A DNA stretch of 64,000 nucleotides, taken from the NCBI GenBank assembly GCA_963741955.1, contig CAVUKB010000007.1:1152001-1216000 (forward strand), written 5' to 3'. Below, in pieces: positions 34,444 through 44,600 of the stretch. A program made the translations under genes and the position numbers. The notes beneath the pieces are model-generated. The model worked only from the letters and a program-made list of their open reading frames with translations. It was not told where the DNA came from and ran no database searches. Source of the stretch: an uncultured Acidobacteriota bacterium (GTDB taxonomy: Bacteria > Acidobacteriota > Thermoanaerobaculia > Gp7-AA8). Every line of letters starts with the position of its first letter. The first letter of the stretch is position 1.

Positions 34444-35559
34444 ATGCGGATCGGAGTACCGACCGAAGTCAAAGACAACGAATATCGCGTGGGAATGGTC
34501 CCGTCCGGAGTGCACGTACTCGTCGATGACGGTCACGAAGTGTTCGTCCAGAAGGGCGCGGGCGTCGGAAGTGGATTCGGCGACGAAGAATACGAAGCGG
34601 CGGGTGCGCGCATTCTCGACAAGGCAGACGACGTGTTCGAGAAGTCGGAGATGATCATCAAGGTGAAAGAGCCGGTGGAGCCGGATCTGAAGCGGCTCAA
34701 GAGCGGCCAGCTTCTGTTCACGTATCTTCATCTCGCTCCGGTGCCCGATCTCACGTCCCAGCTTCTCGAGAAGAAGATCGCGGGTATCGCGTACGAGACG
34801 ATCATCGGAAAGAACGGCAGCCTTCCGCTGCTCACTCCGATGTCGGAAGTCGCCGGCCGGATGTCGATCCAGGTCGGTGCGTTCTACCTGCAGAAGCCGA
34901 ATGGAGGGCGTGGCGTCCTTCTCGGCGGCGTTCCCGGCGTTCTTCCGGCGGACGTGGTCATCGTCGGCGGCGGCATCGTCGGCGTGAACGCTGCGAAGAT
35001 GGCGGTTGGACTCGGCGCCAGGGTCACCATCCTCGACACCAATCTCGACCGCCTCCGCTATCTCGACGACATCTTCCAGGGACGGATCTCGACGCTCGCG
35101 TCGAACAAGGCTCACGTCGCCGAGGCTGCGAAGCGCGCGGATATTCTGGTCGGCGGGGTTCTGATCCCCGGTGCGTCCGCACCGAAGCTCGTCACCCGCG
35201 AAATGATCAGTGAGATGAAGAAGGGCTCGGTCATCGTCGACGTGGCGATCGATCAGGGCGGCTGCGTCGAGACCGCTCACGCGACCACCCATTCGAACCC
35301 GGTGTACGAAGTGGACGGCGTGATTCACTACTGCGTCGCGAACATGCCCGGCGCGGTGCCGCGCACCTCCACCATCGCGCTGACCAATGCGACTCTTCCC
35401 TACGCCCGCCAGATCGCGAAGCTCGGCTTCAAGGAAGCGATCAGGTCGAACTCCGGCCTCGCTGCAGGCGTGAATGTCTACGACGGAAAGCTGACCTTCC
35501 AGGGCGTCGCGGAGTCGCAGGGGCGGAAGTACACGCCGCTGTTCGAGCTGGTCGCGTAG
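34444..35559 (+). CDS. ald: Alanine dehydrogenase
   Basis: [58 protein letters not shown]. Confidence 0.96.
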   Translation: MRIGVPTEVKDNEYRVGMVPSGVHVLVDDGHEVFVQKGAGVGSGFGDEEYEAAGARILDKADDVFEKSEMIIKVKEPVEPDLKRLKSGQLLFTYLHLAPVPDLTSQLLEKKIAGIAYETIIGKNGSLPLLTPMSEVAGRMSIQVGAFYLQKPNGGRGVLLGGVPGVLPADVVIVGGGIVGVNAAKMAVGLGARVTILDTNLDRLRYLDDIFQGRISTLASNKAHVAEAAKRADILVGGVLIPGASAPKLVTREMISEMKKGSVIVDVAIDQGGCVETAHATTHSNPVYEVDGVIHYCVANMPGAVPRTSTIALTNATLPYARQIAKLGFKEAIRSNSGLAAGVNVYDGKLTFQGVAESQGRKYTPLFELVA

Positions 35560-35583
35560 TTCCCGGATCCTCTTCGCTGATAC

Positions 35584-35617
35584 GAAAACGCCGCCCGGCC
35601 GGGCGGCGTTTCTTTTT
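35584..35617. terminator. Bidirectional intrinsic terminator between ald and subtilase
   Basis: AAACGCCGCCC-ggcc-GGGCGGCGTTT with flanking A and T tracts. Confidence 0.8.
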
Positions 35618-35621
35618 CCGG

Positions 35622-37274
35622 TCAGGGCGTCTGCAGGGGGCGGTGTCGCGGTGTCGACGGGAAGAGCTCCGGCACCAGCCTTTTCGCAGCGGCGAGCGCA
35701 TCGACTTCCCCGAAGCCGTAATCGGGATCCCATCCCACCGGTCCCAGATCATGGGCCGTCGCCAGGATCGCATTGCGCACCTGATAGCCCTTCTTGCTCG
35801 GATCGAGAGACCAGATCAGTGCGGCAACTCCTGCCACGTGCGGAGTCGCCATCGAGGTCCCCTGCAGGACCGCGTAGTCCGCGCCACTCTGGATGGAAAG
35901 AGTCACGGTTCCATTCTCCAGAGGCTTCAGTGACGCTCCGTCCTTCATTCCGACCGCGATGGAGAGAACCCAGGGGAACCGCTGTTCCGCGGGGATGATC
36001 TGGTTGTTCCCGTCCCGGATCAGAGTGAAGCTGCTGGCTCCCGCCTGGTTGTTGGCGATGATCACTCCGGTGGCGCCGGCGGTGATTGCATTCTTCACCT
36101 TCTGATTGAACGTGAAGTCTCCGCGGTCGATGAGGGCGATGTTGTTCTTCACCGCGGACGGAAAATCCGACGCGGCTCCTCCTTTTCCGCAATACACCAT
36201 CTGGCCGGTGACGGTCCCCGCCGGTGACCCTTCGATGCTGAACGCGAGAAAGTTGGCCGCCATCGTGGAGACCAGAGCTTCCTCTCCCCCTCCGATCTTG
36301 TAGGTCGAAAACACTCCGACCCCCGGACCGGCCACCTTCAGATCGTTTCCGGCATTCGAGAAGTCCGCTTTGGTCGCGGTGTCGTCGACGGCGCCGACCG
36401 AGATCACGGTGGGGTAGGCGCCCGGGTAGTCGACCGCCTGTGCCGATTCATTGCCGGACGCTGCCACGGTCACGATTCCGGCGTCGTACGCCCGCTGAAA
36501 TGCATCTTCTTCCAGGACCGATGAGTCGGGTGCGCCGAGGGAAAGATTGATCACGTTGATGCCGTGGCCGATCGCCCAATCGACTGCTTTCACTTCATCC
36601 GAGACGCTGCCGTTTCCGTCGGCGCCGAGGATTCGGAGTGAGTAGATCTGCACGTCTGGCGCGACGCCGATCACGCCGATCCCATTGTCTCTCGCGCCGA
36701 TCGTTCCCGCGACGTGCGTTCCATGGCCGTTTTCGTCCTGCGGGTCGTCGTCGTTCTCGACGAAGTCGAAACCTCCGGCATAGGCGCTCGCCAGATCGGG
36801 ATGATTCTTCGTGATCCCGGTGTCGATGATCCCGACTTTGATTCCCGCTCCTCGACCGTACGGCCAGACGTCCGGAGCATGCACCGCGGTGATCCCGTAA
36901 GGGGTGATCTGCGTCGAAACGCTGTCTGCGCTGACTGTAGAGAGAGTACGCCTTCGTCCGTCAGCGAACGCCCGCGCGTCCGTACCGAGGAGGTGCACCT
37001 GATGATCGCGCTCGACGGCCACGATTCCCGGCTCGTTCCGCAACTCCTCGGCTTCGGCCGCGGTCATGTCCGCGATGAATCCGTTCACGTGACGGAGAGC
37101 ATAAAAGTGATGCTCCTGTGTCGCCGTCCCGCCGTCGCGCGCCAAGACGCGGATATGGTCCGCACTCTGCGGCGGCGCTCCGCGGGTGGCCACGAGATAC
37201 CGGTGTGTCTCCGCCGCCAGACCCGCCGAGGAGATGAACAAAATGATCGCTACGAGCCAGACGAATCTCTTCAT
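35622..37274 (-). CDS. Secreted S8 subtilisin-like peptidase with propeptide and PA domain
   Basis: Signal peptide; IIDTGI, HGTHVAG, AASGN, GTSMATPHVAG; PA insert IALIDRG..TFNQKV.NA..AGA.GVII.N. Confidence 0.93.
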   Translation of the reverse strand: MKRFVWLVAIILFISSAGLAAETHRYLVATRGAPPQSADHIRVLARDGGTATQEHHFYALRHVNGFIADMTAAEAEELRNEPGIVAVERDHQVHLLGTDARAFADGRRRTLSTVSADSVSTQITPYGITAVHAPDVWPYGRGAGIKVGIIDTGITKNHPDLASAYAGGFDFVENDDDPQDENGHGTHVAGTIGARDNGIGVIGVAPDVQIYSLRILGADGNGSVSDEVKAVDWAIGHGINVINLSLGAPDSSVLEEDAFQRAYDAGIVTVAASGNESAQAVDYPGAYPTVISVGAVDDTATKADFSNAGNDLKVAGPGVGVFSTYKIGGGEEALVSTMAANFLAFSIEGSPAGTVTGQMVYCGKGGAASDFPSAVKNNIALIDRGDFTFNQKVKNAITAGATGVIIANNQAGASSFTLIRDGNNQIIPAEQRFPWVLSIAVGMKDGASLKPLENGTVTLSIQSGADYAVLQGTSMATPHVAGVAALIWSLDPSKKGYQVRNAILATAHDLGPVGWDPDYGFGEVDALAAAKRLVPELFPSTPRHRPLQTP

Positions 37275-37320
37275 GGACCTCTCTCCGTTCTTCTGTCAGG
37301 AAGAGGCGATTGTACCGCGG

Positions 37321-37506
37321 CTAGCCCGCATTTCTCACACCATCTCGTTGCGAGGAGGCGGAGAGCAGCCTGGATGCAAGGCGTACCCCGCTTCGGCGAC
37401 GAAGGCATAGTGGTGACTATGTTGAGGAGCCGAAGCAGGGGTGCAACGCAGCAGACAGGCCGCTATCCGTCTCCGCAGCAGAGATGGTGTGAGAAATGCG
37501 GGCGAG
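37321..37506. mobile_element. MITE-like palindromic element, family A, copy 2
   Basis: CTAGCCCGCATTTCTCACACCATCTC ... GAGATGGTGTGAGAAATGCGGGCGAG; inverted homologue of 5516-5701. Confidence 0.8.
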
Positions 37507-37592
37507 CGATGATCCAGTGCAGCATCGAGCCTCTCGCCCGAGATTCACCAGTTCCGGTGACAGGTCCCGTGTCGGACGCTGCCGCGAACCTG

Positions 37593-37627
37593 AAAAAAGA
37601 AAAAGGCGCCCGGAGGCGCCCTCTTCT
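37593..37627 (-). terminator. Intrinsic terminator after upstream subtilase
   Basis: GGCGCC-cgga-GGCGCC stem with long A-tract on the left. Confidence 0.7.
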
Positions 37628-37648
37628 GGAGTTCGACGGGAGCGAAGC

Positions 37649-39328
37649 TCAGGGGTGAGCGGCCCGATGCCGTGGAGTGAACGGGAACTTCTCGGGGGCG
37701 AGTCTCTTCCCTGCTGCGAGAGCGTCGATCTCGCCGAAGCCGAAGCTCGGGTCCCATCCCGCCGCACCGAGGTCGGAGGCGGTCGAGAGGATCGCATTGC
37801 GGACTTCGAAGGCCTTCGCCTGAGGATCGAGCGACCAGATCAGTGCCGCAGTGCCTGCCACGTGGGGAGTGGCCATCGACGTTCCGTTGAGCGTGCCGTA
37901 ATCGTACGGCGCAGCCGACACCGTCGCGTCGGTCCCTTGAGACGCGCGAAGGGAGGCGCCGTCACTCTTCGAAACGAAGACGGTGACCGGCCACGGGAAC
38001 GTCACGTCATCCTGGTTCGCCTTGTTGGTTGCCGGATCGGTGCGGATGAGCGTCCACCCCCGGCTGTTGATGTCCTCGTCGATGTTGTCCGCGACGATCA
38101 CACCGATGGCTCCGGCATTGACCGCGTTCCGGACCTTCTCGTTGAATGTCATGTTCGCGATTGCGTTGGAACGCGCGATCAGGGCGATCTTTCCCCGAAC
38201 CGACGCCGGGATCTGGGTCGTCTTTCCTTCGCCGCAGTCGACTACCGGTCCGGTCGCGTCTCCATGCGGAGAACCGTCGAACGGAGCTGCTGAGATGTTC
38301 GCTCCACTCGACGCGACCGACGCGATTTCCGCCGAGCCGACCGGCATGGTCGAGAACACCTTCACGCCCGGCGCGACCACCTTCAGATCCGTTCCCTGAT
38401 TCGAGAAGCTGGCGAGGGCCTGTTTCTCGTCGACCGCTCCGACCGAAACTACCGTGGGATACGCACCGGGATAGGAGAGGGTCTGGGCTCCGTCGTTGCC
38501 TGCCGCCGCGATCGCGAGGACTCCGGCGTCGTATGCGCGCTGGAATGCCTGTTCTTCGAGAACGGACGAATCGGGCGAACCGAGCGAGAGATTGATCACG
38601 TTCATGCCGTGACTGATCGCCCAATCGATCGCCTTGATCTCCGCGGAAATGCTCCCGGAGCCATCAGCGCCGAGGATGCGCAGCGAGTAGATCTCGGCTC
38701 CGGGTGCGACTCCGACCACGCCGATCGCGTTGTTCTGTGCCGCGATGGTGCCCGCTACGTGCGTGCCATGGCCGTTCTCGTCGTTCGGATCGCTGTCGTT
38801 GTCGACGAAGTCGTATCCACCCTTGAACGCGGCGGCGAGATCGGGATGCGTCTTGTCGATTCCCGTGTCGATGATGCCGACCTTGATTCCTGCGCCGTTC
38901 GCAATCGACCAGAGCTTGTCGGCATGGATGGCGAGGATGCCGTACGGAACGGTCTGCGCGGTGACGCTCTCCGCCGTGACCGCGGCTGTGGAGGGAGTGG
39001 GGCGGATCCACGGCCCTCCGTCCGGATGCGAGGTCTCGAGGATGTGGACCTCGTGGTCGGGCTCGACGGCGACCACTCCGCTCTCTGCGCGGAGCTTCGC
39101 CGCGTCTTCCGGTGACATGTCGGCAATGAAGCCGTCGATGTTGTGGAGGGGATGAAAGTAGAGCGACTTACGCTCCCACGGCTGAAGATCGCGGTACCTC
39201 TCGCGAATCTCGGTGCGGGAAGCCGGGGCCGGGCCGCGGGTGGTCACGAGATATCGAACCGGCGTGGAGTCGGCCGCGAAAGCAGTCCCTGCAATCAGAA
39301 TTACCAGAAGAGAAAAGAGTCGTCGCAT
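37649..39328 (-). CDS. Secreted S8 subtilisin-like peptidase with PA domain (tandem paralogue)
   Basis: MRRLFSLLVILIAGTAFAA signal; IIDTGI, HGTHVAG, GTSMATPHVAG; closely similar to 35622-37274. Confidence 0.93.
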   Translation of the reverse strand: MRRLFSLLVILIAGTAFAADSTPVRYLVTTRGPAPASRTEIRERYRDLQPWERKSLYFHPLHNIDGFIADMSPEDAAKLRAESGVVAVEPDHEVHILETSHPDGGPWIRPTPSTAAVTAESVTAQTVPYGILAIHADKLWSIANGAGIKVGIIDTGIDKTHPDLAAAFKGGYDFVDNDSDPNDENGHGTHVAGTIAAQNNAIGVVGVAPGAEIYSLRILGADGSGSISAEIKAIDWAISHGMNVINLSLGSPDSSVLEEQAFQRAYDAGVLAIAAAGNDGAQTLSYPGAYPTVVSVGAVDEKQALASFSNQGTDLKVVAPGVKVFSTMPVGSAEIASVASSGANISAAPFDGSPHGDATGPVVDCGEGKTTQIPASVRGKIALIARSNAIANMTFNEKVRNAVNAGAIGVIVADNIDEDINSRGWTLIRTDPATNKANQDDVTFPWPVTVFVSKSDGASLRASQGTDATVSAAPYDYGTLNGTSMATPHVAGTAALIWSLDPQAKAFEVRNAILSTASDLGAAGWDPSFGFGEIDALAAGKRLAPEKFPFTPRHRAAHP

Positions 39329-39483
39329 GTGAGGTCCTTGGGCCATGGGTTGTCGAGGCTTTACCTTGCCGAAATGGGCGTGGCCGCCTCCAATATTCCG
39401 CTCCCCCACGGGTCGCCGGAACGGGTGGCATCAGGGCGGCATCGGATGGAATGGAACGAACCGGAGAGGGAGGACGAACTCGG

Positions 39484-39921
39484 ATGGAGCAATGGCGGAA
39501 CAACCTGATCGAGGAGACGAACGGGATGCTCACCGTTCTGAGGGAGACTCGCCGCATTGCGGTTCTCGGAATCAAGCCCGAGTCGGACGGCGAGAAGGCC
39601 GCGTATTACGTTCCTGCCTACATGCAGAGAGCGGGATACGAGATCATTCCCGTCCCGGTCTACTACCCGGAAGTCACCGAGATTCTGGGGCGCGAAGTGA
39701 TTCGTGATCTCCGTTCCGTGCCTCCCCCGGTGGATCTCGTGAATGTCTTCCGGAGGCCGAAGGACATCGACCAGCACGTGGATGACATGATTGCGCTCGG
39801 CCCGAAGGCGGTCTGGTTTCAGCTCGGGATCCGGAACGACGGCGCGGCGCGCCGCCTCGCCGAGGCGGGAATCAAGGTCGTTCAGGACCGCTGCATCATG
39901 GTCGAGCACGGAAGATTGTGA
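39484..39921 (+). CDS. CoA-binding protein (YccU-like)
   Basis: IAVLG, GYEIIPV, VDLVNVFR, KAVWFQLGI, VVQDRCI. Confidence 0.9.
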   Translation: MEQWRNNLIEETNGMLTVLRETRRIAVLGIKPESDGEKAAYYVPAYMQRAGYEIIPVPVYYPEVTEILGREVIRDLRSVPPPVDLVNVFRRPKDIDQHVDDMIALGPKAVWFQLGIRNDGAARRLAEAGIKVVQDRCIMVEHGRL

Positions 39922-39923
39922 GC

Positions 39924-40015
39924 ATCTGATATCTGCTATCTCATATCTGATATTTATTCCTGATAACGATATCAGGTAATAGATAATAGATAGTCGATAA
40001 GAGATATGAGATCAG
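39924..40015. repeat. AT-rich inverted heptamer-repeat palindrome
   Basis: atctgat atctgct atctcat atctgat, then CCTGATA-acga-TATCAGG, then aatagat aatagat agtcgat aagagat atgagat. Confidence 0.8.
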
Positions 40016-41514
40016 CCGAAGGTTCCACCACCCGCGAGATCGAGATTCCCCCCTTCAGATTCTGGGAGACGCGCAGCGGGGAAGGCACTCCGGTGGTGCT
40101 GATCCACGGTCTGGCGGGATCGTCGGGATGGTGGCGTCACAACGTTCCTGCGCTCGCGAAGCAACATCTGGTCGTCGCAATCGACCTGGTCGGATTCGGC
40201 CGGAGCGGGGGCTGGCGAAGGGGATCCGCGTCGCTTCCTCTGCCGTTCGACGACACCGTCCGGATGCTCGCCCGCTGGATCGAGATCTCCTTCGCCGGGC
40301 CGGTTCACCTGGTCGGCCACTCCATGGGGGGCCAGGTCTCCATTCACCTCGCAGCCTTACGTCCGGATCTGGTGCGCTCACTCTCCCTTCTCGCCTCCAC
40401 CGGGATTCCATTCGAGGTCGACCCGATCCGCCATCTCGCGTCAGTTTCATTTCCTCGGCGGAACGTCCTGTCGTTCCTTCCGGTCCTGGCTCGCGATTTC
40501 TTTCGCGCCGGCCCCGCCTCGGTGGTCATTGCGTGGGGGCGGCTGGTGACGAACGACGCACGTGACGCTCTGCGCCGGATCCGCGCTCCGTCGCTCCTCC
40601 TCTGGGGAGAAGCCGATCCTCTCGTTCCGCTCCGTTATGGCGAAGAGATGCTTCGTCACCTGCCCACTGCGGATCTGGTGGTGGTGCCGGACTCCGGGCA
40701 CGTGGTGATGTGGGACAACCCGGAAGAAGTGAATCGAATCCTTCTCGAGTTTCTCGGCGACCTGGATCACGGCCTCGTCGCGGCTCCGCGCGTTCCGCAT
40801 CCGTTCGTCTGGCCGATCGAGGGATCGGCGGCCGGCCTCGCGTGGCGCCAGTCGGGTCCGGAACCTTCAGTGGTTCTGATTCACGGTCTCGGGATCTCCA
40901 GCCACTACTTCCGTCCCATGGTCGACGCACTGAAGAAGCGCGGCTGGGCGGCGATCGCGCCCGACCTTCCCGGAACGGGGTACAGCAGAGACGTACGGAT
41001 CGACCCTGGCCGGCATGCCGAACGCGTACTCGCGTGGTACAGGACTGTCGGAGGCGCACCCGCCATCTGGATCGGACACTCGGACGGAACGCAGATCGTG
41101 GAGCGCATCGCGACGCTCGCTCCCGGACTGGTTCGCGGCCGCATCCATCTCTCGCCGATCTGGAACGAGCGCCGTCATCCGTGGATCGAGCTCTTTTTCG
41201 CGGCGCTCGCCGACATCCCACGGGAGCGGGTCGGTCTGGTTCTCGAAGCAGTGCAGAGTTACTGGGCGACCGGCATTCCGGAACTGATCCGGCTCGCGCT
41301 CGCCTACGTGCCGGACGCGAAGCGGCTCCCTTCGCTCGACGAACGCTCCCTCGTCGTCGCGGGCGAGGACGATCCGCTGGTCGACTGGCAGACGCTCGGA
41401 CGGATCGCCGCGGGACGGCTGGTCCGTCTCCCGGGAGCGCACGCGATCATCGACTCACAGCCCGAAGCACTCGCCGACGTTCTCGTGCCGTGGCTTCAGC
41501 GCTGGTCACAGTGA
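40006..41514 (+). CDS. Tandem two-domain alpha/beta hydrolase
   Basis: Domain 1: LIHGL, DLVGFG, GHSMGG, SGH. Domain 2: LIHGL, PDLPGTG, GHSDG, GAH. Confidence 0.85.
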   Translation: MRSAEGSTTREIEIPPFRFWETRSGEGTPVVLIHGLAGSSGWWRHNVPALAKQHLVVAIDLVGFGRSGGWRRGSASLPLPFDDTVRMLARWIEISFAGPVHLVGHSMGGQVSIHLAALRPDLVRSLSLLASTGIPFEVDPIRHLASVSFPRRNVLSFLPVLARDFFRAGPASVVIAWGRLVTNDARDALRRIRAPSLLLWGEADPLVPLRYGEEMLRHLPTADLVVVPDSGHVVMWDNPEEVNRILLEFLGDLDHGLVAAPRVPHPFVWPIEGSAAGLAWRQSGPEPSVVLIHGLGISSHYFRPMVDALKKRGWAAIAPDLPGTGYSRDVRIDPGRHAERVLAWYRTVGGAPAIWIGHSDGTQIVERIATLAPGLVRGRIHLSPIWNERRHPWIELFFAALADIPRERVGLVLEAVQSYWATGIPELIRLALAYVPDAKRLPSLDERSLVVAGEDDPLVDWQTLGRIAAGRLVRLPGAHAIIDSQPEALADVLVPWLQRWSQ

Positions 41515-41602
41515 GCAGACTCGCGAGCCACGACCGCAGAGACGCACCATCTCCCCTCCGGCGACTCACCTGTTTCTGCCGGCGGGCGCCGGGCGGTTCG
41601 GG

Positions 41603-44600
41603 TCACGACTCTCGAGGAACCTGGTCTTGCAACTCGACTTTCTCTCCCTCTCCAGCGATCGCGTTCTCCTTCCCTCGGCGGAAGAGCCAGAGAACGACGA
41701 TCGCGAGGACGGCGAGAAGCGCGGCGGCGTTCCATCGCAGTGCGCTGTTGTGATTCGCAAAGAGTCCGAATGCGCTGGCGAGGATGCTCCACGAGAAGAT
41801 CGCGAGGGGCCACGCGAGTGGGTCGCCGCCGAGGATCACGAATCCGACCAGAAGGAGGATTGCCGCCCCGGCCAGCGCGACGAGGATCGCCCAGACTTCA
41901 CCATGCAGCGATGACGGCATCATCAGAATCGCGACGGAACCGAACAGGATGATCCGGACCGCCGAGTGGTACTTCTGCGGCACGGACCGGAAGAGAGTGA
42001 CCAGACAGACCACCACGGCCGATCCACCGACGGTGATGAGCAGTGCGGACCAGAGGGCGCCGAATGCCGGCGCCGTTGCGACGAGGAGCGGCGACGGGGA
42101 GATGGGGTCGGGAGCGAAACCGAGATGTCCGAACCAGCGGGGAAGGAATGAAGCGACCGCACTGGCGAGTGCGAAGATCGAGATCGCCGCGGCGACAGCC
42201 GCGACGGCCCGGGCCACCAGTGGACGCCGCTGGCGCACGTCGATCAGGCGTCGGGAAGCGGGATATCCCGTCTCGATGATTGCGATCGAAAGGAACAGCA
42301 TCCCGAGCTGTGCCGCAACGGTTCCCACTCCGCCCGCTACGATCATCACCAGAAACGTGTTCCACGCCATCGACGTGTCGTAACTCTGAACGAAGGCCGG
42401 AAGATCGAGGAAGATCGCGACGACCGGCACGACGATCAGCATCGCGGTGATTCGGGTTGCTCGCCTCCAGACGAAACGGCCGCTCCGGAAGCCGTACACG
42501 AAACCGGAGACCACCAGGGTGAGAAGGAGAAGCGCGGCGGCGATCTTCAGTGCGATCAGCGCGATATTCACGAGGCGGGTCTCCTCGGCTTTTCGAACCT
42601 CCGCTTCGGGGATCTTCACCGTCTTCGCGAACTGCGTGACTTCCCGACCCGCGACGCGGACCGTCGCGCGCTCCCAGGCCTGTGCGGCGAGAGGCTGGCG
42701 CGACTGGAAGTGGAACAGCCAGTCCTTCCGTTTCGGCTGCGGATACTGGAGTGCCTCTTTGACCTCCACCTGCGCGGGATCGACTCCGTATCGCTGCAGG
42801 ACGGAGCTCGCGGTCCGCTCGGCCTGAGCTCTGGCGAGAGAAGGTCCGGGATTGGTCTCGCTCTGATAGCGGTGATAGCCGACCACCTTCGACGTCCGCG
42901 GGTCGATCTCGACGAAGATCTCGTTCTTCTCCTGGGGGGTGAAGAAGCGGACCACCCACGTGGCGCCCTGCACGTCTTGGATCTCGATTCCGATCAGCGC
43001 GTCGAGCCCTCGTTTCGATTCGCGGGTGATGTACTCCGCGGCGACCTGAAAGTAACCGTCGGGAGAGCCGCCGTCTTCGCGCGAAGAGTCCTCGTCCCAC
43101 GATCGGAATCCCGGGACCGGAACGACGAGCACCTTTTGCGGCACAACTCGTACGCCGATCTCCGCGAGATGCCGTCGCGCAATCTGTTCCGCCCTCGCTG
43201 GATCGATCCGGTAGTCAGCGACGGAATCGAGAGTGGGACCGCTGAGGAGGACGATCCCTGCGATGGCCGCGATTGCGATCGCAATGATCGCCAGGTGGAG
43301 GCGCTGTGGCCGGCGCGGAGCAGGCAATGGTGGAGTTTCCGGCTCGGGAGGTGGCGGAGGTGCGGGCGCGGTGCCGATGGCCCGGTTGTCCAGTTCCTCG
43401 TCGGGCTCGAACCCTCCCTTCACGAAGTAAAGAACGATCGAGACGAGAAGGGGAAAGAGGAAGATCAGTGCGGCTGCCGCGGCGGAAAGAATGTAATAGA
43501 GATTGCCGGAGCGGAAGAGCACCAGCGCGGTGTAGAGCGCATCCACGGTGTAATGCCACACCAGGAGAGGGAGGAGTCCGAAGCGGAAGAGAATCAGGCC
43601 CATGAAAACGCCGGCGATACCGACCTCGAGCCCGCGGATGTAGAACGGCTGGTTCGGATACGTCGCGTGTCCGAATCCCCAGATGAACCCCGCGAGGACG
43701 ATCGCGAAGAGACGCGATCGAAACACCTTCTCGAAAAACGGGATGGAGAACGCGCGCGAAATGAACTCCTCGGAGAGTGCGGGGAAGAAGCCGATGAAGA
43801 GAACCGCGACCCACGGGAATGCGGTGTTGAGGATCTCGTCGTACGGAATGTCTGCCGGCGACCATGCCCCGAGCCTGTCGGCGATCATGTAGAACGCGAC
43901 CTGATAGGCGAGGAAGATCGCGACCAGCGCATATCCGAGCACGAATCCCTTGAAGACGCGTTTCGAGCGGAGGGCTTTCGGACGGAACAGCCGCGGGATC
44001 GCGAGCTTCAGGGGGAAGCGCTCTCGATAAAGAGGTTCGCCCGCGCCGACGATCACCATCAGCAGAAAGGCCATGAACACGCCCTGCAGTGCCGAGGAGA
44101 AGACGTGACCTGCCACGAATGCCGGATAGGAACTGGTGGTGTCGTATCCCGCGAGCGCGCTCGGGAACGAGTTCAGGCCCACCGCGGTGACCAGCACCGC
44201 GCACGTGATTCCGACCGCGATCACGAAGCGGATCGCGACGTCGCCCCGCCTCAGCCGCACGATGAAGACGACCAGCGCCGCGATGAACGTCAGTGCGAGA
44301 AAGATCGTGTCGATCATCCCGGCCGCGTTGTTCTTCGAGCGGAGGTTGCGGTAATCACGCTCCCACGCGTCCGGAACCTTCAATCCTTCTCCGTAAGCGC
44401 CGATCGTGTTCCCGTCCACCGTGACCCGGTAGCGGTAAGGCGCAGAGGCTGGATGGAGAGACCTCGAGTGCCAGGTGAGAATCCACTGGGTTCGATGCGG
44501 AAGATCGCGACGGCTGATCGAGACGAGATCGATCCCCTCTCGCGCGACTCCCACTCGATCGAGGAATCTTTCGCCCATCGCCCTCGCCGCTGCTTCGGTC

